This document shows, piece by piece, positions 1 to 11,021 of a stretch of DNA of 64,000 nucleotides. The stretch is from an uncultured delta proteobacterium. GTDB taxonomy: Bacteria; Desulfobacterota; WTBG01. The notes below the pieces were generated by a model. It ran no database searches. It had not been told where the DNA came from and saw nothing but the letters and a program-made list of their open reading frames with translations. Made by a program: the position numbers and the translations under genes. How positions within the stretch are numbered: the stretch's first letter is position 1; every line of letters starts with the position of its first letter. The DNA is taken from positions 128,001 through 192,000 of the forward strand of contig CAWCBP010000004.1 in assembly GCA_963793865.1 (NCBI GenBank). Reading direction: 5' to 3'.

Positions 1-467
1 GTGTGCAGCCGGTCGATGGCCTCGGTAACGATGCTGACCGCGGTATCGAACCCGAAGGTATAATCGGTGCAGGGAAGGTCATTGTCGATGGTTTTAGGAA
101 CGCCCACCACCGGAATGCCCATTTCATGCAGCCGGCTCGCAACGCCCAGGGTATCCTCGCCGCCCACGCAGATAAAGCCCTCTATGCCGTAGCGCTTGAT
201 GTTGTTGAGCATCTTCTGCAGCGTTTCCTCGGCCTTAAAGGGGTTGGTCCGGGAGGTGCCCAGGATGGTCCCCCCGCGGGGCAGTATTCCGGTGACGGAA
301 AAAAGGGTAAGCGGCTCCACCTGACCTTTGATCAGGCCGGCCCACCCCTCCCTGATGCCGATCACCTCAAATTTGTATGTATCAATGGCCCGTTTCACCA
401 CTGCCCGTATGACCGCATTAAGCCCGGGACAGTCGCCGCCGCCGGTAAGAATGCCGATTCTTTTCAT
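1..467 (-). CDS. pfkA: 6-phosphofructokinase (PfkA family), 5' part; runs off the window start
   Basis: Not in the ORF track. Manual translation from ATG 467 gives MKRIGILTGGGDCPGLNAVIR...GGTILGTSR...GGEDT...PKTIDND...FGFDTA, all PFK motifs. Confidence 0.95.
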   Translation of the reverse strand, partial: MKRIGILTGGGDCPGLNAVIRAVVKRAIDTYKFEVIGIREGWAGLIKGQVEPLTLFSVTGILPRGGTILGTSRTNPFKAEETLQKMLNNIKRYGIEGFICVGGEDTLGVASRLHEMGIPVVGVPKTIDNDLPCTDYTFGFDTAVSIVTEAIDRLH

Positions 468-601
468 AACCCGCCTCTCGTTCCTAATTTAAAGCGTCGT
501 GTCTCTCTTCGTGCTCTTCTTCTTTTTCCTTCGTGCGCTTCGTGGTTGCCGTTTCCGGCTTCGATATTCGAATTTCGGATTTGCAGCCGCTGCTGCATCG
601 T

Positions 602-630
602 ATGGTATACCCGGCCCGTCAATAATTCAA
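602..630 (-). promoter_or_regulatory. Putative sigma70 promoter for pfkA
   Basis: TTGAAT-N17-TACCAT on the minus strand, ~135 bp upstream of the ATG. Confidence 0.4.
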
Positions 631-667
631 GCAGTAAAATGGACACTGCCGCGCGGTGAATTTAACC

Positions 668-698
668 TTGACTTGTCTTTTGCAGAATTTTATATAAT
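668..698 (+). promoter_or_regulatory. Putative sigma70 promoter for the adenosine-kinase-family gene
   Basis: TTGACT-N17-TATATA, with an overlapping TATAAT. Confidence 0.45.
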
Positions 699-865
699 GA
701 TTTTAATCAGAGGCGGTAAGCCCGGTTTTGAATTTTGGTCATTTGGTATTTGGATTTGTTTCGGATTTCGTGCTTCGGATTTCGAATTTAAATCTCAGAG
801 ACAAACCTTTAGATTTATCAGCACGCGCGCCCAACCGTTACCCACCGCACAACAGGAGTAGGAAG

Positions 866-1348
866 ATGGACCTTACAACCGTCCCCATGGAAATCCCCGA
901 TGAAGCCAACCTGATTGTCGGGCAATCCCACTTCATCAAAACGGCTGAAGACCTTTATGAGATAATGGTCACGTCCGTCCCCCAGGCAAAATTCGGCATT
1001 GCCTTTTGTGAGGCGTCCGGACCATGCCTGGTGCGGGCGGAAGGCAATGATGAAGGGCTCACGGCGGCGGCGGTTAAAAACGCCCACGCCCTCGCATCGG
1101 GGCACAGCTTTGTGATTGTGCTCAGGAACGCCTTTCCCGTCAATGTCTTAAATGCCGTCAAGCAGTGCCCCGAGGTGTGCTCACTCTACTGCGCCACGGC
1201 CAACCCGGTGGAGGTGATTGTCGCTGAAACAGCGCAAGGCAGGGGAATACTCGGCGTGATCGACGGCTCAAGGCCGAAGGGAACGGAATCACAGGGGGAC
1301 AGGGACGCGCGCAAAAGCTTCCTGAGAAAGATCGGATACAAGCTCTGA
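866..1348 (+). CDS. Adenosine-specific kinase family protein (DUF355)
   Basis: GQSHFIKT, AFCEASG, CATANP, GRGILGVIDG and C-terminal RKIGYK motifs; AGGAG upstream of ATG 866. Confidence 0.85.
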   Translation: MDLTTVPMEIPDEANLIVGQSHFIKTAEDLYEIMVTSVPQAKFGIAFCEASGPCLVRAEGNDEGLTAAAVKNAHALASGHSFVIVLRNAFPVNVLNAVKQCPEVCSLYCATANPVEVIVAETAQGRGILGVIDGSRPKGTESQGDRDARKSFLRKIGYKL

Positions 1349-1352
1349 GGGT

Positions 1353-1492
1353 GGGATTGCTTCGTTGCCCGCCCAGGCGGGGCTCCTCGCAACGACTGGT
1401 TTTTATTTCACCCCTGTATCAATAAATGCCACATTCCAAGCACGTCATTGCGAGCACCGCGAAGCAATCTCATGCCATAAAGCATTGCTTCG
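1353..1492. repeat. Repeat family C (GTCATTGCGAG...GAAGCAATC / GATTGCTTCG...CTCGCAACGAC)
   Basis: Units at 1353-1396 and 1443-1471; related copies at 17234-17273 and 61863-61963. Confidence 0.75.
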
Positions 1493-1531
1493 TCGCCACA
1501 GGGTGATTCCTCCCTTCCACTCAACAGCCTG

Positions 1532-3982
1532 CTAGTGGGTCACCATGGTCGGGGCGGTCTCTTCAGGGTATAACCGCTTGCCATCCTTTTCTTCATCACG
1601 CTTATCCTGCCTGCCCTGCAGGAAAGCCTGAGGATCATCGAGCACCAGCGATTCCTTTAACACCTCATCCATGTGCTCCACCAGCACCACCTGGACCGTA
1701 TCCAGTATTTTCGAGGGAATTTCCTTGAGATCCTTATCGTTTTCCTGGGGGACCAGCACCCGGGCGATATGTCCGCGATGGGCCGCCAAGATCTTTTCCT
1801 TGAGCCCGCCGATGGGCAGCACCCTGCCCCTCAGGGTTATTTCCCCGGTCATGGCGATGTCCCGGCGAACCGGCTTGCCGATCAGGGCGGAAACAATGGC
1901 GGTGGTAATGGCAATGCCCGCGGAGGGCCCGTCCTTGGGAACGGCCCCTTCGGGAACATGAATGTGCAGATCGATCTTCTGGTAAAAATCCTTCTCCAGG
2001 CCGAGCCGCTCCGCCCGTGACCTGACATAGCTCAGGGCGGCCTGCGCCGACTCCTGCATCACGTCGCCCAGCTTGCCGGTGGTAAACAGCTTGCCCTTGC
2101 CGGGCATGGTGGTCACCTCGATGGTGAGCAGCTCTCCTCCCACCTCGGTCCAGGCCATGCCGGTGGTGATGCCGACCTCGTCCTTCTTCTCCATCTCGCC
2201 GTAGCGGTACTTGAAGATTCCCAGGTACTTGCTCACCACCTTGGTGCCGATCCGGGCGGAGGTTTCGCTGCCGCCCTTCACCACTTCCTTGGCCACCTTC
2301 CTGCATACCGAGGCCATCTCCCGCTCCAGGTTGCGCACCCCCGCCTCCTTGGTGTAGCGGCGGATGATGGTCAGTATGGCGTTTTCGCTGAAGCTGATGT
2401 TCTTTTCGGTCAGCCCGTTGGCCTTGATCTGCTTGGGGATCAGAAACCGCCGGGCAATGTGCAGCTTCTCCCACTCGGTATAGCCGGGAATGCGGATAAT
2501 CTCCATGCGGTCCTGCAGCGGCGGGGGGATCTGGAAGAGGGTGTTGGCGGTGGTTATGAACATCACGTCGGAGAGATCATAATCCACGTCGACATAGTGA
2601 TCGTTGAAGCTGTTGTTCTGCTCCGGGTCGAGCACCTCCAGCAGCGCCGCCGAGGGATCGCCCCTGAAATCAGTGCTCATCTTGTCAACTTCATCCAGCA
2701 GGAAGACCGGATTGTTGGACCCGGCCTTCTTCAGGCACTGCAGGATCTTGCCGGGCAGGGCCCCGATGTACGTGCGCCGGTGCCCCCTGATTTCAGCCTC
2801 GTCCCGCACCCCGCCCAGGCTGAGCCGGACGAAATTCCGCCCCGTGGCCCGGGCGATGGAGCGCGCCAGCGACGTCTTGCCCACGCCCGCCGGTCCCACA
2901 AAGCAGAGGATGGGCCCCTTGATCTTGTTCACCAGCTTCTGCACCGCCAGATATTCCAGGATCCGCTCCTTGATTTTTTCCAGCCCGTAGTGATCCTCCT
3001 CGAGGATGCGCTGGGCCTCATCGATGTCCAGGCCGGTTGTGGTCTGCTCGAACCAGGGAAGCGAGATCAGCCAGTCGATATAGTTGCGCACCACCGTCAC
3101 CTCCGCCGAGAGCGGCGGCATCATCTTCAGCTTTTTCAGCTCCTTCATCACCTTGGTGGTGGCCTCTTCGGACATCTTCTTCTTGGCCACCTTCTCCTCG
3201 AGCTCCTTGAGCTCGCTCGCCCCGTCGTCCTTGTCGCCCATCTCCTTCTGGATGGCGCGCATCTGCTCGCTCAAGTAGTAGTCCTTCTGGGTTTTCTCCA
3301 TCTGCTTCTTCACCCGGTTCTTGATCTTGCGCTCGATGTTCAGGATCTCGATCTCCGAGCGCATCAGCGCGTAGGCCTTCTCCAGCCGCTCGGTCACGTC
3401 GATGGTTTCCAGCAGCGACTGCTTGTCATGCAGCTTGACCGTCAGGTGAGCGGCAATGGCGTCGGCCAGGTGCGAGGGATCGTCGAGGGCGCTCACCGAT
3501 GAAACCACCTCGGGCGCGATGCGCTTGTTGAGCCTGACGTAGGTTTCGAAGGTGGCGGGAACGCTTCTCATCAGGGCCTTTATTTCGGGGGTAACCGCCG
3601 CCCCCTCGTGAATGAGCTCGGTCTCCACCAGGAAAAGCTCGGGGCTGGGCAGGAACTCCTTAAGCAGTATCCGCGCCTTGCCCTCCACCAGGATCTTGAC
3701 GCTGTTGTCCGGCAGGCGGATCATCTGAATGATGCTGCCCAGGGTGCCCGTGAGATACATGTCGCGGGGGCCGGGCTCATCCACCTTGGCGTCCTTCTGC
3801 GTGGCCAGCACGATGAGCTTGTCCTTGGCCAGGGCATCCTCCAGGGCATTGATCGACCGCTGCCGCCCCACGAAGAGCGGCACGATCATGTGGGGAAAAA
3901 CCACGATATCTCTCAGCGGCAGAAGGGGGTACGATTTCATCCCGGCTTTATCATCCGGTGTCTTGTGGGATTTAAATATCAA
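1532..3982 (-). CDS. lon: ATP-dependent Lon protease
   Basis: LPLRD..VFP N-domain, Walker [10 protein letters not shown], catalytic [14 protein letters not shown] before the TTG start. Confidence 0.97.
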   Translation of the reverse strand: MIFKSHKTPDDKAGMKSYPLLPLRDIVVFPHMIVPLFVGRQRSINALEDALAKDKLIVLATQKDAKVDEPGPRDMYLTGTLGSIIQMIRLPDNSVKILVEGKARILLKEFLPSPELFLVETELIHEGAAVTPEIKALMRSVPATFETYVRLNKRIAPEVVSSVSALDDPSHLADAIAAHLTVKLHDKQSLLETIDVTERLEKAYALMRSEIEILNIERKIKNRVKKQMEKTQKDYYLSEQMRAIQKEMGDKDDGASELKELEEKVAKKKMSEEATTKVMKELKKLKMMPPLSAEVTVVRNYIDWLISLPWFEQTTTGLDIDEAQRILEEDHYGLEKIKERILEYLAVQKLVNKIKGPILCFVGPAGVGKTSLARSIARATGRNFVRLSLGGVRDEAEIRGHRRTYIGALPGKILQCLKKAGSNNPVFLLDEVDKMSTDFRGDPSAALLEVLDPEQNNSFNDHYVDVDYDLSDVMFITTANTLFQIPPPLQDRMEIIRIPGYTEWEKLHIARRFLIPKQIKANGLTEKNISFSENAILTIIRRYTKEAGVRNLEREMASVCRKVAKEVVKGGSETSARIGTKVVSKYLGIFKYRYGEMEKKDEVGITTGMAWTEVGGELLTIEVTTMPGKGKLFTTGKLGDVMQESAQAALSYVRSRAERLGLEKDFYQKIDLHIHVPEGAVPKDGPSAGIAITTAIVSALIGKPVRRDIAMTGEITLRGRVLPIGGLKEKILAAHRGHIARVLVPQENDKDLKEIPSKILDTVQVVLVEHMDEVLKESLVLDDPQAFLQGRQDKRDEEKDGKRLYPEETAPTMVTH

Positions 3983-3996
3983 GGCTGTTTATCCTC

Positions 3997-5248
3997 CTAT
4001 GCTGTTTTGGTCCTGTTTTCATACACGATCAGCGGCTTTTCCCTCTTGAGGATCACCTCTTCGCTGATGACGCACTCCTTCACATTTTCCTGGGAGGGGA
4101 TGTCGTACATGATGTCGAGCATGATTTCTTCCAGAATGGCCCTCAGGCCCCTCGCCCCGGACTTGCGGGCTATGGCCTCCCGGGCCACCGCCCACAGGGC
4201 GTCATCCTTGAACTTGAGCTTGACGTTCTCGAACTCGAAAATCTTGGTGTACTGCTTGAGCAGCGCGTTTTTGGGCTTGGCGATGATGTCCACCAGCGCC
4301 TGCTCGCTCAGGTCCTCCAGGGTGGCGATCACCGGGAGCCTTCCCACAAACTCTGGAATCAGGCCGTACTTGAGCAGGTCCTCGGTCTGAATCGATTTCA
4401 GGACCTCGCCCACCCGCTTTTCCTCCCTTCCCTTGATGTCGGCGCCGAACCCCATGGTCTTGGTGCCGACGCGGTGCTGGATGATGTTCTCCAGCCCGCA
4501 GAAGGCGCCGCCGCAGATGAAGAGAATGTTGGTGGTGTCGACCTGGAGGAACTCCTGCTGGGGATGCTTTCTCCCCCTTGGGCGGTATGTTGGCAACGGT
4601 GCCTTCAATGATTTTTAAGAGCGCCTGCTGCACCCCTTCCCCGGATACATCACGGGTGATGGAGGGGGTGTCGGACTTGCGGGAAATCTTGTCAATCTCG
4701 TCAATGTAGACGATGCCGCGGGAGGCCTTCTCGATGTTGTACTCGGAGGCCTGGAGCAGGCTCAGGATGATGTTCTCCACGTCCTCGCCCACGTAGCCCG
4801 CCTCGGTGAGGCTGGTGGCATCGGCGATGGTGAAGGGCACGTTCAGAATCCGGGCCAGGGTCTGGGCCAGCAGGGTCTTGCCGGTACCGGTGGGACCGAT
4901 GAGCAGAATGTTGCTCTTCTGCAGCTCCACCCCGTCCAGCTGTCCGGAGGAATCAACCCGCTTGTAGTGATTGTGCACCGCCACCGACAGGATCTTCTTG
5001 GCCCGGTCCTGGCCGATGACGTATTCGTCGAGCGCCGCCTTTATTTCGTAGGGCTTGGGTATGGTCGACTTCCTGCGGCTTATGGCCTCCCGCTCATTTT
5101 CTTCGGCAATGATGTCATTGCAGAGCTCGATGCATTCATCGCAGATGTAGACCGATGGCCCGGCGATGAGCTTGCGCACCTCGTCCTGGTTTTTCCCGCA
5201 GAATGAGCAAAAGAGATTGCCGTATTTGCCAGCGTCTTTCCGGTTCAC
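3997..5248 (-). CDS. clpX: ClpX ATPase, split by an apparent frameshift at ~4575
   Basis: CSFC...CDEC zinc finger, [18 protein letters not shown]. The conserved PPKGGRKHPQQ changes frame in a G run (4573-4577) that is two G short. Confidence 0.95.
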
Positions 5249-5877
5249 CGCTTTCCTCCCTTGCCTGGTGTTTTCCCCTCAATGCCTGTCAGCCGTTCCG
5301 CCTTGGCGATCACCTCGTCAATGATGCCGTACTCCCTGGCCTGCTGGCCGCTCATGAAAAAATCCCTCTCGGTATCGGCGCGGATCCTGTCCAGGGGCTG
5401 CTGGGTGTGCTTCATCAGGATTGAATCCAACTCCTCCCGCATGCGCAGGATTTCCCTGGCGTGGATGTCGATATCGGTGGCCTGCCCCTGAAACCCCCCC
5501 AGGGGCTGATGGAGCATAATCCGGGAATGGGGGAGCGCGAAGCGCTTTCCCTTCGCCCCCGCCGCCAGCAGCACCGCCCCCATGCTGGCGCACTGCCCCA
5601 TGCAGAGCGTCGAGACATCGGGCTTGATGTACTGCATGGTGTCGTAAATGGCCAGGCCCGCGGTCACCACCCCGCCGGGTGAATTCAGGTAAATGTGGAT
5701 GTCCTTGTCCGGATCCTCGGATTCCAGGAAAAGCATCTGGGCAATGATGATATTGGCTTCGTCATCATCAATCACGCTGCCCAGGAAAATGATGCGGTCT
5801 TTCAGGAGGCGGGAGTAGATATCGTACGCCCTCTCGCCCCGGTTGGTTTGCTCCACCACCATCGGAATCAGGGTCAT
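5245..5877 (-). CDS. clpP: ClpP protease proteolytic subunit
   Basis: [37 protein letters not shown] motifs. Confidence 0.97.
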   Translation of the reverse strand: MTLIPMVVEQTNRGERAYDIYSRLLKDRIIFLGSVIDDDEANIIIAQMLFLESEDPDKDIHIYLNSPGGVVTAGLAIYDTMQYIKPDVSTLCMGQCASMGAVLLAAGAKGKRFALPHSRIMLHQPLGGFQGQATDIDIHAREILRMREELDSILMKHTQQPLDRIRADTERDFFMSGQQAREYGIIDEVIAKAERLTGIEGKTPGKGGKR

Positions 5878-5890
5878 GTATGCGTTCTCC

Positions 5891-7192
5891 TCACTGCTGC
5901 GCGGGTTTGTCGATTTCACGTATTGTAGACCCGCCCAGCAGAAAATCAATGGTTTTGTTTTCGAGCAGCCTGAACTTGAGGCCCTCCCAGAGGCCCTCCC
6001 GTTTATAAAAATTGCTGACCTGCTCCCTGCTCTTGTCCGTCGACCGGGCGATTTCGTCAAGCTTTTCCTCAATCTCCCCGTCACCGACGCTTATGTTCTC
6101 GCGCCTGGCAATCTCCTCAACCAGGAGCGAGCACTTCACCTGCCGCTCCGCCTCCGGCCTGAAGCTGGCCATCATGCTTTGGGCGGGAATGCCCAGCTTC
6201 TCCAGGCTTGATCCCTGCGCCACCAGCGTCCGCTGGGCATCGGCCATCATGAATTCAATCTTCCGCTCCACCATCAGGGGGGGCAGGTCAAGGGGGTTTT
6301 TTTCGATCAGCGCATCAATCAGTCTTCTTTTCATCTCGGCGTCAATGCGCTCCCGCTCCTCCTGTTCCATGCTCTCCCGCAGCTTCAGCTTTAAATCTTC
6401 CAGCCCCTGGTACTCGCCGAGGTCCCGGGCAAATGCGTCATCGAGTTCAGGGAGCACCTTGCTCTTCAACCCCTTGACGGCCACCTTCAGCCTGACCTCC
6501 CGGCCCGCGAGCTCCCGTCGCTTGAAATCCCCGGGCAGGTTGAGCACGATCTCCTGTTCCGCCCCTTTGGAAAGCCCTGTCAGCTTTTCGCTCAGCCCCG
6601 GAAGGTAGTGATCGACGCCCACTTCAAACAGATAGTCCCTGAGGCTGCCGCCTTCAAAGGGTTTTGACTCCACCGTTCCGTCCACGTCGGCGACGATGAA
6701 ATCACCGGCCCTGACCGGCCGGTCCTCCTCCACCTCCCTGAAGGAGGCGTGTGATTCCCTGATCATCGACAGTCTCTTTTCGACATCTTCCGCCGAAACC
6801 TTCAGTTTTTCTTTTTCCACCTCAAGGCCGAGGTAGCCCTGCAGGCTGATCTTCGGCTTGACCTCGAAGCTGGCGGAATAGGAAAATTCCTTTCCCTCTT
6901 CGAAGATGCCGTTTTCAACCACCGGCTGCGATATGGGCAGCGCCTGCACGGTTTTTAACGCCTCGGGATAGGAGTCCTGGATGAGCCGCGACACCACCTC
7001 TCCCTCGACCTGCTCCTTGTAATATTTCCGCAACAGGTCCTCGGGAACCTTACCCTGGCGAAAACCTCTCATCCTGATCTGCTGCCGCAGCTTCTGATAG
7101 GTCAGCGCCACCTCCTCCGCCACCTTGTCGGGAGGAATAACCACATTAATCTTCTTCTTGACCGGCCCTAACTGCTCAACGGTAACCTGCAT
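5891..7192 (-). CDS. tig: Trigger factor
   Basis: GFRQGKVP ribosome-binding motif, FKBP-like domain, conserved tig-clpP-clpX-lon order. Confidence 0.95.
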   Translation of the reverse strand: MQVTVEQLGPVKKKINVVIPPDKVAEEVALTYQKLRQQIRMRGFRQGKVPEDLLRKYYKEQVEGEVVSRLIQDSYPEALKTVQALPISQPVVENGIFEEGKEFSYSASFEVKPKISLQGYLGLEVEKEKLKVSAEDVEKRLSMIRESHASFREVEEDRPVRAGDFIVADVDGTVESKPFEGGSLRDYLFEVGVDHYLPGLSEKLTGLSKGAEQEIVLNLPGDFKRRELAGREVRLKVAVKGLKSKVLPELDDAFARDLGEYQGLEDLKLKLRESMEQEERERIDAEMKRRLIDALIEKNPLDLPPLMVERKIEFMMADAQRTLVAQGSSLEKLGIPAQSMMASFRPEAERQVKCSLLVEEIARRENISVGDGEIEEKLDEIARSTDKSREQVSNFYKREGLWEGLKFRLLENKTIDFLLGGSTIREIDKPAQQ

Positions 7193-7232
7193 CGAATGCA
7201 ATCCCTTTCCGTTCAACAACCATGGTTAATAG

Positions 7233-7316
7233 TGGTGCGAGAGGGGGGAATTGAACCCCCACGGTTTCCCGCTGGATCCTAAATCCAGTGCGTCTGCCAG
7301 ATTCCGCCACTCTCGC
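7233..7316 (-). tRNA. tRNA-Leu (anticodon TAG)
   Basis: GCGAGAG acceptor stem, CTGGA-TT-TAG-GA-TCCAG anticodon arm, long variable arm, GGTTCAATTCC T-arm, encoded CCA. Confidence 0.96.
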
Positions 7317-7574
7317 AGTTACAACCCCCGAATCACCTGACTGAAAACCAGCGCTCGTGTGGATGCGTGAGCTCTGGCATTTTCGGCAAAAAAAATAGGT
7401 GAGCAGGTTCAACCGCTTGATAGTTTTCAGAAATTCAGATCTCTGCTGAATGCCTGCTTCACTCGAAAAAATATAGCATGAAACAATTTTTTAATCAATC
7501 ACTAATGCTGGAGGATACAGAACGGCATGGAAAATAATTAAATTTTCGATGGAAGCACATATAAGCCTGATAGA

Positions 7575-7597
7575 TTCGCGGCTGAAGCCGCTCCTAC
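7575..7597 (-). repeat. GTAG-type REP (GTAGGAGCGGCTTCAGCCGCGAA)
   Basis: Near-identical copy (1 mismatch) at 43117-43139. Confidence 0.7.
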
Positions 7598-7695
7598 CGG
7601 TAATGACCGGCATTGCCCTCGCGCGGCACTTTTCCCCCGTGCAAAAAACGGTTACAAGGTGTTCACCTTTTCTCCATGTTGCCGCCGGCACGAAC

Positions 7696-7711
7696 TGGTA
7701 TGAAACCTGCA
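7696..7711 (+). promoter_or_regulatory. Putative sigma54 (-24/-12) promoter upstream of pilB
   Basis: TGGTATGAAACCTGCA, with exact GG-N10-GC spacing. Confidence 0.5.
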
Positions 7712-7718
7712 TTGTCTT

Positions 7719-7813
7719 CTAGCAGGTTGTTGAAAAAGTATTTTTCCTCAGGCTGTTCAAAAGCCCCTCCCCCTTTGAGCCACAAATCAGATGGGTGTTT
7801 TTCAACAACCAGC
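7719..7813. mobile_element. MITE-like element family A, short form
   Basis: CTAG + CAGGTTGTTGAAAAA, an inner CAGGCTGTTCAAAA end, the CCCCTCCCCC cassette and a TTTTTCAACAACC end. Confidence 0.75.
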
Positions 7814-7888
7814 TGGAGTTCTTGCCCAATCCCTGTCGGGAAACATGCGCCCCGGGCGGGTCATGACCGATGTTTGTAAGAGGACACC

Positions 7889-9439
7889 GTGCAGCCCCTG
7901 ATCGGCAATCAGATAGAACCTTCCGCCGTGGACCTTGCGCAGTTACGGATAGACCCCAGGCTGATAAAACTCATTCCGGCCGACCTGGCCAACAAATACG
8001 GCGTTCTCCCTGTTGCCTTAAACGGCGGCACCCTGGTCGTGGCCATGGCCGATCCTTCAAACATCTTTGCCGTCGATGACATCAAATTTCTTACCGGATA
8101 CAGAATTGAGACCTGCGCCGCGCCCGAGGACATCCTGCGCACTCTGCTTGACTCCTGCTATGAAAAGCCGGCGCGGGTAGGCGACGGAGGGCCGGCCGGC
8201 GCGGAAAGCGGGGTGCACATGATTGACCGGGAAGGGGACGCGGGACGGCGCGAGCCGAAAATCGCGGGCGAGCAGGTGCCGGTCATCAGGCTGGTTAACG
8301 GCATGATCAACGACGCCATCATCAGGGGGGCCAGCGACATTCACATAGAGCCCTATGAACACACGCTCAGGGTTCGTTTTCGCATCGACGGCGTGCTCTA
8401 TGATGTCATGCAGCCCTCCCTGAAGCTGAAAAACGCCATCCTCTCCCGCATTAAAATCATCGCCCGGCTTGATATTGCCGAACGGAGACTGCCCCAGGAC
8501 GGACGGATAAAGATACGGACCGAAAAGGCACAGGAGGTGGACGTTCGCGTTTCCGTGCTGCCCACCCTGTTCGGCGAAAAGGCGGTGCTGCGCCTGCTTA
8601 ATAAGTCAAGCCTGCAGCCGGACATGACCCGGCTGGGATTTGAAGAGCGTGACCTGATCTTATTTAAAGAGGTGATTAACTATCCCTTCGGGATGGTCCT
8701 GGTCACCGGCCCCACCGGAAGCGGCAAGACCACTACCCTTTACTCCGCCCTCAACGCTTTAAATGATGCCTCAAAGAACATCTGTACCGTCGAAGACCCG
8801 GTTGAATACAACCTGCCGGGGATCAACCAGGTCCAGATTCACGAAGAAATCGGCCTTACCTTTGCCCATGTGCTGCGGGCATTTCTGAGGCAGGACCCCG
8901 ACATCATCCTGGTGGGGGAAATCCGGGACGCTGAAACGGCGGAGATAGCCATAAAGGCTGCGCTTACCGGCCACCTGGTGCTGAGCACCCTCCACACCAA
9001 TGATGCCCCCGGCACCGTGAACCGTCTCATACAGATGGGCATTGAGCCCTACCTTATCTCCTCCGCCCTGACGCTGGTGGTGGCCCAGCGGCTGGTGAGA
9101 AAAGTTTGTCCGCGCTGCAAGACGCCGCTGAGTCCGCCCGAAGCCGCGTACCGATCCCTGGGCATTGTTTCCGGTGAACCCGGCACGGCCGCTCTTTACA
9201 GGGGTGCCGGCTGCCGGGACTGCAACAACACCGGCTTTAAAGGCCGCGTGGCCATCTACGAGGTATTGTTCATAAACGAACAGAGCAGGGAGCTGATCCT
9301 GAAAGGGGCATCCCTTTCCGATTTTAAGAAAGAGGCGATGAGAAGCGGCATGTCAAGCCTGCGGGACAGCGCCGTCAAGAAAATGCGACAGGGGCTTACC
9401 ACACCCGAAGAAGTGCTTCGGGCGACCCATGCCCAATAA
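7889..9439 (+). CDS. pilB: Type IV pilus assembly ATPase PilB (GspE/PulE family)
   Basis: ASDIHIEP, GPTGSGKTTT, LRQDPD, TGHLVLSTLH, tetracysteine motif; followed by pilC. Confidence 0.9.
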   Translation: MQPLIGNQIEPSAVDLAQLRIDPRLIKLIPADLANKYGVLPVALNGGTLVVAMADPSNIFAVDDIKFLTGYRIETCAAPEDILRTLLDSCYEKPARVGDGGPAGAESGVHMIDREGDAGRREPKIAGEQVPVIRLVNGMINDAIIRGASDIHIEPYEHTLRVRFRIDGVLYDVMQPSLKLKNAILSRIKIIARLDIAERRLPQDGRIKIRTEKAQEVDVRVSVLPTLFGEKAVLRLLNKSSLQPDMTRLGFEERDLILFKEVINYPFGMVLVTGPTGSGKTTTLYSALNALNDASKNICTVEDPVEYNLPGINQVQIHEEIGLTFAHVLRAFLRQDPDIILVGEIRDAETAEIAIKAALTGHLVLSTLHTNDAPGTVNRLIQMGIEPYLISSALTLVVAQRLVRKVCPRCKTPLSPPEAAYRSLGIVSGEPGTAALYRGAGCRDCNNTGFKGRVAIYEVLFINEQSRELILKGASLSDFKKEAMRSGMSSLRDSAVKKMRQGLTTPEEVLRATHAQ

Positions 9440-9469
9440 TGCTTAAGGGCCAAGGGTCCGCAAGACAGG

Positions 9470-9563
9470 GTAGTACGTCATAGATTCCTTTATTTTATAT
9501 GTGGCTCAAGGGGAGGGGCTTTTGAACAGCCTGAGGAAAACTAATTTTTCAACAACCTGCTAA
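9470..9563. mobile_element. Chimeric MITE-like element (family B left end, GGGGAGGGG cassette, inverted family A end)
   Basis: 9470-9500 resembles 24418-24447; 9500-9559 is a near reverse complement of 7723-7784; followed by CTAA. Confidence 0.7.
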
Positions 9564-9646
9564 AGTTATTTTTGTCGTTATCCGATAAGAACTGTTGAAA
9601 AAAATAAACAAACGATACCTTTTAACTTAAGTAAGAGGATGCCATA

Positions 9647-10855
9647 ATGCAAGCTTACGTATGGGAAGGTAAAAACGCACGGGGCATGCTGCAGAAGGGC
9701 GAGATGACTGCAAACAATGAAGCCGCGGTCAGAACAACCCTGCGGGGGCAGAAAATCCAGGCCACCAAGGTCAAAGTGAAGTCCAAGGATCTCCTGGAAA
9801 ATCTGCGCTTCCTCAGATCCAAGGTGAGCGGTAAAAGCCTCTGCGTCTTCACCCGCCAGTTTGCCACCATGATCGATGCCGGACTGCCGCTCATCCAGGG
9901 CCTGGAAATACTGGGATCGCAGGAGCCGAATCTCACCCTGAAAAAGGCCGTGGGGACCATCAGGGGTGATGTTGAAAGCGGCTCAACCCTTTCCAACGCG
10001 CTGAAAAAGCACCCCAAGATATTCAGCGATCTCTATGTCAGCCTTGTCTCCGCCGGAGAAATGGGGGGCATGCTGGACACCATTCTGAACCGGCTGGCGA
10101 CCTACATCGAAAAGGCCGAAAAGCTGAAGCGAAAAGTGAAAGGGGCCATGGTCTACCCCAGCGTCGTTTTATCCATTGCCCTCATCGTCATCGCCATTCT
10201 GCTCATCTTCGTTATTCCTGTTTTCCAGGAAATGTTTGAGGGGCTGGGAGGAGAACTCCCCGGCATCACGCAATTCGTCGTCGACCTGAGCTCATTTCTG
10301 CGCAACAATATCTTCTATCTCATCGCCGCCCTCGGCCTGCTGTTTTTTGCCTTCACCCGGTTTAAGGCCACCGAAAAGGGCAGGATCACGGTGGATAAAG
10401 TACTGCTGGGCCTTCCCATCTTCGGCAGTTTGTTGAAAAAATCGGCCATTGCCAACTTTACCAGAACCCTGCAGACCATGACCTCAAGCGGCGTGCCCAT
10501 CCTTGACGGCCTGGGCATTGTGGCCGCCACCGCGGGCAACAAAGTTGTCGAGAAGGCCATCATGGACACCAGGACCAGCATCAGCGAAGGTAAAACCATT
10601 GCCGAGCCGCTTTCCAAAAGCGGCATCTTCCCGCCCATGGTGACCCAGATGATCTCGGTGGGAGAATCCACCGGCGCGCTGGATACCATGCTGGGTAAAA
10701 TCGCCGATTTCTATGAAGATGAAGTGAACGCCGCGGTGGATGCCCTCACCGCGCTCATCGAACCCTTTATGATGGTTTTTCTGGGCGGCACCATAGGGTT
10801 TATGCTTCTCGCCATGTACATGCCCATCTTCAAGATTGCCGGCGCCATCCAGTAA
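9647..10855 (+). CDS. pilC: Type IV pilus platform protein PilC (GspF family)
   Basis: FTRQFATMIDAGLPL, AGEMGG, VGESTGALD and MYMPIF motifs. Confidence 0.95.
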   Translation: MQAYVWEGKNARGMLQKGEMTANNEAAVRTTLRGQKIQATKVKVKSKDLLENLRFLRSKVSGKSLCVFTRQFATMIDAGLPLIQGLEILGSQEPNLTLKKAVGTIRGDVESGSTLSNALKKHPKIFSDLYVSLVSAGEMGGMLDTILNRLATYIEKAEKLKRKVKGAMVYPSVVLSIALIVIAILLIFVIPVFQEMFEGLGGELPGITQFVVDLSSFLRNNIFYLIAALGLLFFAFTRFKATEKGRITVDKVLLGLPIFGSLLKKSAIANFTRTLQTMTSSGVPILDGLGIVAATAGNKVVEKAIMDTRTSISEGKTIAEPLSKSGIFPPMVTQMISVGESTGALDTMLGKIADFYEDEVNAAVDALTALIEPFMMVFLGGTIGFMLLAMYMPIFKIAGAIQ

Positions 10856-10963
10856 CGGAAGCTGCCGGTCTTTCACCTTCGCCGAAGGAAGCCTTTCTGC
10901 GTCCCACCCGGGGACTGCCTCCGCATTTTCTCAATAAATATCGGTACATTCCGGATATTTGCC

Positions 10964-10992
10964 TTGACTCGGCCGTGCGGGTACGATACCAT
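10964..10992 (+). promoter_or_regulatory. Putative sigma70 promoter for the lysS operon
   Basis: TTGACT-N17-TACCAT, ~30 bp upstream of the ATG. Confidence 0.6.
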
Positions 10993-11021
10993 TAGGCATT
11001 TTTTTATCCGGGAGAAATTGC

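Larger units (their letters stand above)
499..790. repeat. Degenerate 9-mer (CTTCGTG-type) and 7-mer (TTCGGAT-type) tandem repeat patches
   Basis: 499-547 cttcgtg units; 559-582 ttcgata/ttcgaat/ttcggat; 725-790 heptamer array. 763-782 is the exact reverse complement of 18987-19006. Confidence 0.7.

Noticed and set aside
3..659. 218-aa plus-strand ORF
   Set aside because: Antisense shadow of pfkA, which is clearly encoded on the minus strand.
4560..4600. Programmed frameshift or pseudogenisation of clpX
   Set aside because: Both halves are fully conserved, the break is in a G run, and similar breaks occur in unrelated genes; sequencing error is simpler.
7233..7700. tRNA-Leu as an integration site
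   Set aside because: Its 3' end leads straight into tig; no duplicated tRNA fragment or integrase.
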